Shown here piece after piece: positions 28,486 through 35,653 of a stretch of 64,000 nt of DNA (position 1 is its first letter; the number at the start of each line of letters is the position of its first letter). This DNA is from Planctomycetota bacterium (lineage in GTDB: Bacteria > Planctomycetota > UBA8108 > UBA1146 > JAJFFE01). The position numbers and the translations under genes were made by a program. Below the pieces are notes generated by a model. The model saw only the letters and a list, made by a program, of their open reading frames with translations, was not told where the DNA came from and made no database searches. The DNA lies in assembly GCA_039028735.1 (NCBI GenBank), contig JBCCHQ010000015.1, positions 574 through 64,573 on the forward strand, written 5' to 3'.

Positions 28486-30957
28486 TCAGGGGCAGCTGGC
28501 CTGGCCAGCGCAGTCGAGAAGATCGCCGCTCGGGTCCGGCCCGCAGGCCACGGTCGGCGCCGGCAGCCCTCCCGACGCGCCGAACAGGAACCCCAGGACG
28601 GCTATGGGATCGCTGATATCCAGCGAGCCGTCGTCGTTGTGATCGCAGGCATCGAAGCAGCCAAGCACCACGCCGCCACCAGAGCCCGGGAACAAATAGC
28701 CCAGCAAGTTGACGGCATCCGCGATGTTCGTCGCTCCATCGTCGTTGCAATCGCCACGCACGAAGACGCTGCAGGCGAAGCGCTGCACGTGAAAGTCATC
28801 GATGCCCGCCTCGGTGATCGAGTCATTCGGCTGATCGGCGATGCAAAATCGCAGTCTCATCTGGCTGGACGGCATGATGTGGTCACTGACCCGGAACGAG
28901 CTGAGCAGCCAGGTGGGGCTTGCTTCCGAGACTGTAGCGACCGGCAGCCAATTGCTGCCGTCGTCGTTACTGATACTGACGATCAACGAATCAGCACTCC
29001 CCAACGTCGAAGTCAGCCAGCGCTGGTACGTGACGATGCCGTTGCTGCCGCCGAGGTCGAAAACCGGACTCACGAGGCACGTGGGTCCGCCGTCCACATC
29101 GGCGGTTCCAGCACTGCCGCCCGGGTTCCCGTTCTCGGTAATGAACGCCGCGCCACCAGCAACTCCGGAGGCGTCTGCAAACGGCGCCGCCGGGGCCCCG
29201 CTGGCGGATGTTCCAACCGGAACCGCGGCTTCCCAGCCGCCGCCACTGATGCTGGTGTTCGTGATCGTCCAAGCCGCGACGTCGTTGCTTCCGTCTTCAG
29301 CAAGCACAGTTTGCAGCCCTGTGGCCGCCACCGCGCTATGGAGAGCGGTCGGAGCTCCAGCAGGGCTCAGAAAAGTCTGCCCCTCAGCGGTGGTGACACT
29401 CACATAGTAATCACTCTGCTGCAGGCAGCTGCCGGCAGGTAGGGCACCGCGAAAGCTGTTCCCCCCCAACGAGGTCATGACTGCAGCCGTGAACGCCCCA
29501 CCATCGATGCGAGTGTGGATCTGGACGTCCGCCAGCACGATCGTCGCGAGTCCAAACGGCACCACTTCGACGTCGACGTCGGTGGTCGTCATGGGCGCCA
29601 CGTATTCCGTCGGGTTCTGCACAACGATATCGACGTTCCCCGGAGGTACTGCCATCCAGATTCGGGTGCCCGTACACGTGCCGATGACCATGTCTTTCCA
29701 ACCATCGCCGTTGAGATCGAAGGCACCCACGTCCCAGGTGCCCTGCCGCTGCGTCACCGGAATGCCACCGGACTCCTCGACGAAGGACACGTTCGGGACG
29801 TTGCCTTGATTGCACCAAAAACGCAGGTGGCGCAGGCAGCCAAAGCCATTGATCGCGGCATCGGCTTGCAGCACGTCGAGGAAACCGTCGTTGTTCATGT
29901 CCTCGAGAATCGCCCGCCCTGCGAACTCGTTGGAGGACGGCGGCAACGTGAAGTGCGAAAACGTCGCCATCCCGGTAGGCCCGTTCCCTAGGTTCGTCAG
30001 TGACCGGTCGAGGCCGTCGTCATTGATGTACATGTCGAGGAGACCATCGTTGTTGAGATCTCCCAGCTCGACGTAGTACGGCGAACCGCTATAGACGACT
30101 TGGAAGTCGCTGAAGAAGCCTTGGTTCAGTGGATCGTTGTAGGCAACGCTCACGCGATAGGGAGCGCCGTTCGACCGGCACTTGACGATGTCGTTGAGGC
30201 CATCGCCGTTCACATCTCCATTGACGGCGAAGACGCCGAATTCTGATTCGCGCATCTGATAGGTCATCCGAATGGTGCTCTCGTCGGTGAACGTCCCGGT
30301 ACCATCGTTGATCCACAGTCGATCTTCGAGCGCGGTCTCGTACTCGCTGAAGTAGAGGTCGGGAAACCCGTCACCGGTCACGTCACCATGGGCGAGCCCA
30401 CAGAAGTTTGGCGTACTGGGCATTGTTGGAGTACGCGGCTCCTCGTAGACAAAACCCAGCCACGTGCCACTGGGCGCTCCGAGGTTCCTGTAGACGCGAG
30501 GGTGTGAGATCGTCTTCGGCTGCCCTTGACTCAGTGCAGTTGCCGTGACCATATCGAGCCAGCCGTCACCATTGACGTCGACAAGCTGTACGTCGCGATC
30601 GATCGTCAGATCGAGGAAACCCTGGCTGCCGGCTGGGCCGGCCGCGGCCACGGTAGCGGTGCGATCGACCAAGACACCGTTGATCGCATGGCCCTCAGCA
30701 ACGCCTTCGTTCATCAAGACGACGTTACGACGGCCGCCGGGAGCCATCCAAGGCAGCTTGCGAACAATCACAAGATCGACGTCCCCATCTTGATCGAGAT
30801 CACCCCAGGCGTAGTCCTTCTCGTCGACGTCGGACACGCCGACGCTCCCCGCGGCTACAAGGCGGCTGGTGGTCTCATCGACATACGTCAACCAGTTGTT
30901 CGCATCGGCGAGTGCTGGAACAAGCACCAAAGTCGCAAGCAGAGCAAGAAGTCGCAT
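28486..30957 (-). CDS. Secreted FG-GAP/VCBS-repeat protein with a jelly-roll-like domain and a C-terminal 92-aa dockerin-like Cys-tailed module
   Basis: Trimmed to the ATG at 30957 (MRLLALLATLVLVPALA). FG-GAP repeats: DLDQDGDVDLV, DVNGDGWLDMV, DVNGDGLNDIV, DLNNDGLLDMY, DMNNDGFLDVL, DLNGDGWKDMV. C-terminus: FVRGDCNDDGATNIADAVNLLGYLF...DHNDDGSLDISDPIAVLGFLF...CGPDPSGDLLDCAGQASCP. Confidence 0.8.
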   Translation of the reverse strand: MRLLALLATLVLVPALADANNWLTYVDETTSRLVAAGSVGVSDVDEKDYAWGDLDQDGDVDLVIVRKLPWMAPGGRRNVVLMNEGVAEGHAINGVLVDRTATVAAAGPAGSQGFLDLTIDRDVQLVDVNGDGWLDMVTATALSQGQPKTISHPRVYRNLGAPSGTWLGFVYEEPRTPTMPSTPNFCGLAHGDVTGDGFPDLYFSEYETALEDRLWINDGTGTFTDESTIRMTYQMRESEFGVFAVNGDVNGDGLNDIVKCRSNGAPYRVSVAYNDPLNQGFFSDFQVVYSGSPYYVELGDLNNDGLLDMYINDDGLDRSLTNLGNGPTGMATFSHFTLPPSSNEFAGRAILEDMNNDGFLDVLQADAAINGFGCLRHLRFWCNQGNVPNVSFVEESGGIPVTQRQGTWDVGAFDLNGDGWKDMVIGTCTGTRIWMAVPPGNVDIVVQNPTEYVAPMTTTDVDVEVVPFGLATIVLADVQIHTRIDGGAFTAAVMTSLGGNSFRGALPAGSCLQQSDYYVSVTTAEGQTFLSPAGAPTALHSAVAATGLQTVLAEDGSNDVAAWTITNTSISGGGWEAAVPVGTSASGAPAAPFADASGVAGGAAFITENGNPGGSAGTADVDGGPTCLVSPVFDLGGSNGIVTYQRWLTSTLGSADSLIVSISNDDGSNWLPVATVSEASPTWLLSSFRVSDHIMPSSQMRLRFCIADQPNDSITEAGIDDFHVQRFACSVFVRGDCNDDGATNIADAVNLLGYLFPGSGGGVVLGCFDACDHNDDGSLDISDPIAVLGFLFGASGGLPAPTVACGPDPSGDLLDCAGQASCP

Positions 30958-31306
30958 CTCGTCCTCCGGATCAAGAGCATGCACGCCAAGTCCACGGAAC
31001 GGCTCGGGCCATGAGCCGTGAGGACATGCTACGCTGCTGGATGCAGTGGCTCAAGCACGACGCGTTTCTTGTCGCAAGCACGCTCCAAGGGGCCCTTACG
31101 CGGCGTCTACAGCGAAAATCACCGCGAGAGTTCGCAAGATCCGCTCGCCGGGCGCGTCTTGCATCCATAGACTCGGAGGAGTCGCACTGAGAGAGATGTC
31201 ACTGCCTATCGCATCTCTGGCTGCCTTCCCCGGCGCGGCCCCATCCGCCGCTCGGTGTCTCGCGTATTCGTAACGCTAGCAATGATCGCTGGCCTTCGGA
31301 GGTATC

Positions 31307-32083
31307 TTGCAACGATCCGACGCGCTCCGTCCCCCCGTGCCCTTTACTGTATCGAAGCCAGTTCTCGTCGCGCTGCTGTGCTGCGCCGTTGTTTGCCTGT
31401 CGGCGACCGCGCACGCTCAGCACACGGTACAAGTGTCCGTCAAACACATACTGACGTCGCAGGGTGCGCGCTCCACCGGCGTCTACGCCAACGATGTCGC
31501 GATTCACGCTGCGATCGCGACTTGCAACAACGTCCTACAGAACAACAACACTTCGTGGGCACTCGAAGTAGTGGAGATCCTCGATGTCGCTGGCTCTACA
31601 TACCAGTCGGTTCCACTGAGCGCCGTCTACGATCTCGAAGCCGCAGCGATCGCTGACCCGGCGACCTATCATTGGCGCGGCGATGCCATCAACATCTACA
31701 TCGTTCCCAACCTCATTGGTGCAGCGGGCGTCTGTTCCGGCCCCGGCACGCATGAGATCATCGTCCTCGACAATGGCGGGCTCCTCAACGGATCGATCGC
31801 ATGGCTACACGAGATCGGCCACTACCTAGGGCTGACCCATACCTTCTCTGGCACAGGCGCGGTCAGTTGCCCCAACAGCAATACTTGCGACCCGACGATC
31901 GGGGCGATTCACGCTACCGGAGCACTCGTCGCGTGTGCTGATATCTGCCCAGACGATGACAACATCATGAGCTACAACTGCGTGACCCCATCCACCGCCG
32001 TGTTCTCTCCTTGTCAGAAGACGGAAATGCTGTTCGAGCTGCTGGATCCGGCAGGGTCGCGCGGGCACGTTGCCAATCAGTGA
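31307..32083 (+). CDS. M43-type metzincin zinc metalloprotease (pappalysin/cytophagalysin-like), secreted
   Basis: TTG start, signal peptide ..VLVALLCCAVVCLSATAHA, metzincin motif HEIGHYLGLTH followed by TF, and a downstream NIMSY segment typical of M43. Confidence 0.8.
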   Translation: MQRSDALRPPVPFTVSKPVLVALLCCAVVCLSATAHAQHTVQVSVKHILTSQGARSTGVYANDVAIHAAIATCNNVLQNNNTSWALEVVEILDVAGSTYQSVPLSAVYDLEAAAIADPATYHWRGDAINIYIVPNLIGAAGVCSGPGTHEIIVLDNGGLLNGSIAWLHEIGHYLGLTHTFSGTGAVSCPNSNTCDPTIGAIHATGALVACADICPDDDNIMSYNCVTPSTAVFSPCQKTEMLFELLDPAGSRGHVANQ

Positions 32084-32095
32084 GCCGTCTACGAC

Positions 32096-33568
32096 ATGAC
32101 CGCAACGATCGCTTGCGACACCTTGGTCGTGACTCTGGATTGGACGGCGCCAGCCGCACTCTCTGTCGACATCTACCGCAACAATCAGTTCCTGCTGAGC
32201 ACGACGCAGACGTCGTTTGTCGATAGTCCCGGCCCTGGACTCCACGAGTACCGCGTCGTCACTCCGCAGTGCGAACAGACTCGCAACGTCTTCGTACCCA
32301 GCGGCAATGGGGACGTGATCTATCGCCTTGGCACGCCGTTCGGGTATGACAGCGCTGGGCGCCTCGAGGCCACACTGCTCGGGATGGGGCACGACGTCCT
32401 GGTGACCGAAGACCTCGCCGAACTACCCTGTCGCACCGGCGAGCGCATTTGGGTCATGGCCGGTACGGGGCAACATGCGCGCGCATTGTCCTTCGAAGAC
32501 GGCGAGTACTTGCGCGATTCACTCTTGGCCGGCGTTCACGTCTACGTCGAAGGCGCGGACGTCTGGGGATTCGATCCGTTGACACCATTCCATGACCACG
32601 ATGGCGTCAGCTCCAGTTCGACCCATGGCGACGATTCGTTCAATTCGATGGTGGGCTTCGATCACAAGACCGCTCGCATGCACCTGATGGATGCTGTCTA
32701 CCTACAAGCTGCCGGCATCGCCAACGACCACACCGACCAACTGGACCCTGCCGACGAGCTCTCGGGTCCGGGAGCAGGCGTTATCTGGCGCAACAATGGC
32801 AGCAACGCCTACGCGACCGGCATCTACTACGACACGCTACCGCAGTTCGGAAAAGTCATTTGTCAGAGCTGGGAGTTCGGTGGCTACGGCGGGTCGTGGC
32901 CACTGCTGGCATCGCGCTACGTCGATGCGCTCGGCGGCATCAAGGGGCGCAAGGGGTTCGAAGTGTCCGGCGTCGCCTTGGGCGTTCCGTATCAGTTCGG
33001 CTTCGGTGGCAACGTCGATCCGGTCCCGTACACGCTCAACGGGCTGACTCATGGCGCCGGAGCGGCAACGATCGCCAGCAATTTCGTCACGGCAATCAAC
33101 GCTCTGAACACTCCAGTCTCGGCGAGTCCTGACCCAACGGACAGCGCCCGCTTCGTTGTCGAGGCACCTGGAAACTTCGAGTTCTGGGTATCCACCGTGA
33201 GTGGCAGTCCGTGCAAAGTCACCGACAACCCTACCGGCTGCAGCTTCAATCCAATGATTGTCGAAGTCAATCCGCCGTTGGTCGTCGAATTCGTCCGCGG
33301 TGACACGAACAGCGACGGCAGCGTCAACCTAGCCGACGCGATTACGCTCCTCGGATACCTCTTTCCCGGGCCGGGTGGACCAAGCACGATCGAGTGCTTC
33401 GACACGGCCGATGCAAACGACCTCGGACAGGTGAACCTTGCAGACGCGATCGAGATCCTGACTGCACTGTTCGGCAACCCTCCTATGCCGCTCGTAGCGC
33501 CGGCTGTTTGCGGCGCGGATCCAACGGTCGACACGCTTGCCTGTGACACGTTCGGACCCTGCCCGTAG
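32096..33568 (+). CDS. Protein with an Fn3-like N-terminus, an unknown central domain and the C-terminal 92-aa dockerin-like Cys-tailed module. It has no signal peptide of its own.
   Basis: N-terminus: TLVVTLDWTAPAALSVDIYRNNQFL...PGLHEYRVV. C-terminus: FVRGDTNSDGSVNLADAITLLGYLF...DANDLGQVNLADAIEILTALF...CGADPTVDTLACDTFGPCP. It is in the same frame as the M43 gene, separated by TGA plus 4 codons. Confidence 0.7.
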   Translation: MTATIACDTLVVTLDWTAPAALSVDIYRNNQFLLSTTQTSFVDSPGPGLHEYRVVTPQCEQTRNVFVPSGNGDVIYRLGTPFGYDSAGRLEATLLGMGHDVLVTEDLAELPCRTGERIWVMAGTGQHARALSFEDGEYLRDSLLAGVHVYVEGADVWGFDPLTPFHDHDGVSSSSTHGDDSFNSMVGFDHKTARMHLMDAVYLQAAGIANDHTDQLDPADELSGPGAGVIWRNNGSNAYATGIYYDTLPQFGKVICQSWEFGGYGGSWPLLASRYVDALGGIKGRKGFEVSGVALGVPYQFGFGGNVDPVPYTLNGLTHGAGAATIASNFVTAINALNTPVSASPDPTDSARFVVEAPGNFEFWVSTVSGSPCKVTDNPTGCSFNPMIVEVNPPLVVEFVRGDTNSDGSVNLADAITLLGYLFPGPGGPSTIECFDTADANDLGQVNLADAIEILTALFGNPPMPLVAPAVCGADPTVDTLACDTFGPCP

Positions 33569-33667
33569 CGGCCTTGCTCCGATCGGCAACCTGAACAAGA
33601 CTGCAGACAGCCTGTTGCATACTTTCCCGGACGCGACGATGCTCTCGGCGTCACCGGAAAGGGATGT

Positions 33668-35647
33668 ATGCAGCGCCTCGTACCGAGGGACTTCCTCGGC
33701 AAGCTCATTCTGGTCGCCACGCTCGCCCCGGCGATCGCGACGACTCTTGGCTATGGTCTGAACGAGATCGTCGGGCCGTTGAGTCTGGCTGCCTGGGAGG
33801 TCCTGGCCGGTTGCTGCGTGCTGTTGACGGCAACCTTTGTGTGGCACCCCAAGAGCGACGTGCTGCCGCCGCAACCAAGTCCGACGCTGGTAGCGCGGGC
33901 ACTGGGTTTGCTCCCCTACGCGGTGTTGCTGCCCGGAATCTATGCGCGACTGACCAACACCAATCTGCTCGTTTCATCCCATGGCCGCTTCCACGTGGGC
34001 TACGTGTACCAGATCCTGAACGGGCAACTGCCGCCGGAGAACCCGATCTTCGCGGGCGCTCCAGCGGGCTTCTACTGGCTGTATCACGTCTTGCTGGCAA
34101 TGGTGTGCGACTTGTTGCAGGTCACGCCCTATCTGGCGCACGGCATCGTAGCGGTAGCGGCGTTGGTGATCGGGCTGTTCTGGATTGGCCGATTGCTGCT
34201 GTTGTTGATCGACGCGTCGGTGTCGCCGTTCCTTTTGGCGCTACTCGCACTGTTTGCATTGTTTGGCATGAACCTCTTCGGATCGCTGGCCATGTTATCG
34301 CGCGGTACAGCGTTCTTCTGGATCGACGCCGAGTCTACGCTGCATAGCACTGCCGTGCTCAAGGAGCTGCGTACGATGAAGCTCGATGCGCGGCTGTGCA
34401 GCCTTTTCCACAAGTACCTCCACTACAGCGGTGTCCCGGCGGGGCTGCTGTACTTCAATTTTGGCCTGTTCGTCGTTGTGCGCGCACTAAAGCGCGGCGT
34501 ACACCCCGGTGACTTTTCACTCCTGGCAGTCGCCATCGCCGGTGCCATCGCGTTCCATACGCTCACGGGCTTCTATATGGTCGTTTGCGTTCTCAGCGCC
34601 ACTGCCATGACACTTGTTGCGAATCAACTGCGCAACGAACGCCAAATCTCCCTGGCGTCGATCAGCGGCTGGCTGCGGCACTGGTTGGCCCACTTTCGCA
34701 GGAGTCGTGTTGCCGCGAAACTCGCTCGTTCGCTGCTGTTGCTGTTCACAATAGCCGTGACGCTGAGCTGCATGCACTACGTGTACACGACTACAACCGG
34801 TGGTCCGTCGTTGCTCGAACTCAACGACGGCACGTTCCTGAAGCGCGATTGGCGCAACATCCGCGGCGCGATCTGGGCAATCGCTCCGTTCTTGGCCGTT
34901 GGTGTGTACGCTGGCTGGCGACGGTGGGATCCACCGGTGGTGTTTGCGTCTCTGCTGGCGCTGATCGGACTGGGTCTCGCACTCCTGCTGCACATCGAAG
35001 TCTACAACGAGTACAAGTTCATCTACCTCAGCACGATCCCAGCGCTGATCATCGCGACCCCTGTGGTGCACAACTTCATCGGCGTCCCTCATCCGGGCCC
35101 GCGAATCGCTCTGCTACGACGGATCAGCGGCTGGGCAGCACTGGTTCTTGTTTGCTCGAACCTGCTGTTGGTCAGCCTCGCGTACCGTGCCACACCCGAT
35201 TCCGAGTTTCTGTACGGTCAAGGGACGCATGTCTCTTCGGACACGATTCTGCATCGAGAACTCTACGATTGGATCCGCAAGAACACCGCGGTCGAGACCG
35301 TCGTCGTAGCGCCGCCGATGCATCGGAACACGAATCCAGCGCTGTCGCTGACCGAGCGAGTGCTGTTGGTCGCACGCGACAACCAATTCTCTGGATTGCG
35401 TCCCGGGTACGACGAGCGCTGGCAGATCCTCTGCGACCTCTACCTCGAGCGCTCACCAGTGGTCCGAAGACGCGCCGCAATCGAGAGCCTGGCTGCCTAC
35501 TGGCATGCCGGCGACCAGACGGCCGATCGCCCGCTGGTGCTGTTGGTCCCGCACGACGTCAGCCGTGCGGAAGCAGTCGTGGGGCTCCCGATACGGCGGC
35601 TGACAGAAGGCGCAACGGCCGATCTGTACCAGCTCATTCGCGAATAG
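33668..35647 (+). CDS. Polytopic integral membrane protein, tentatively a GT-C-fold glycosyltransferase/polymerase-like protein
   Basis: More than 10 predicted TM helices over about 480 aa, followed by a soluble C-terminal domain of about 170 aa. The functional assignment rests on topology only. Confidence 0.55.
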   Translation: MQRLVPRDFLGKLILVATLAPAIATTLGYGLNEIVGPLSLAAWEVLAGCCVLLTATFVWHPKSDVLPPQPSPTLVARALGLLPYAVLLPGIYARLTNTNLLVSSHGRFHVGYVYQILNGQLPPENPIFAGAPAGFYWLYHVLLAMVCDLLQVTPYLAHGIVAVAALVIGLFWIGRLLLLLIDASVSPFLLALLALFALFGMNLFGSLAMLSRGTAFFWIDAESTLHSTAVLKELRTMKLDARLCSLFHKYLHYSGVPAGLLYFNFGLFVVVRALKRGVHPGDFSLLAVAIAGAIAFHTLTGFYMVVCVLSATAMTLVANQLRNERQISLASISGWLRHWLAHFRRSRVAAKLARSLLLLFTIAVTLSCMHYVYTTTTGGPSLLELNDGTFLKRDWRNIRGAIWAIAPFLAVGVYAGWRRWDPPVVFASLLALIGLGLALLLHIEVYNEYKFIYLSTIPALIIATPVVHNFIGVPHPGPRIALLRRISGWAALVLVCSNLLLVSLAYRATPDSEFLYGQGTHVSSDTILHRELYDWIRKNTAVETVVVAPPMHRNTNPALSLTERVLLVARDNQFSGLRPGYDERWQILCDLYLERSPVVRRRAAIESLAAYWHAGDQTADRPLVLLVPHDVSRAEAVVGLPIRRLTEGATADLYQLIRE

Positions 35648-35653
35648 TCGGTC

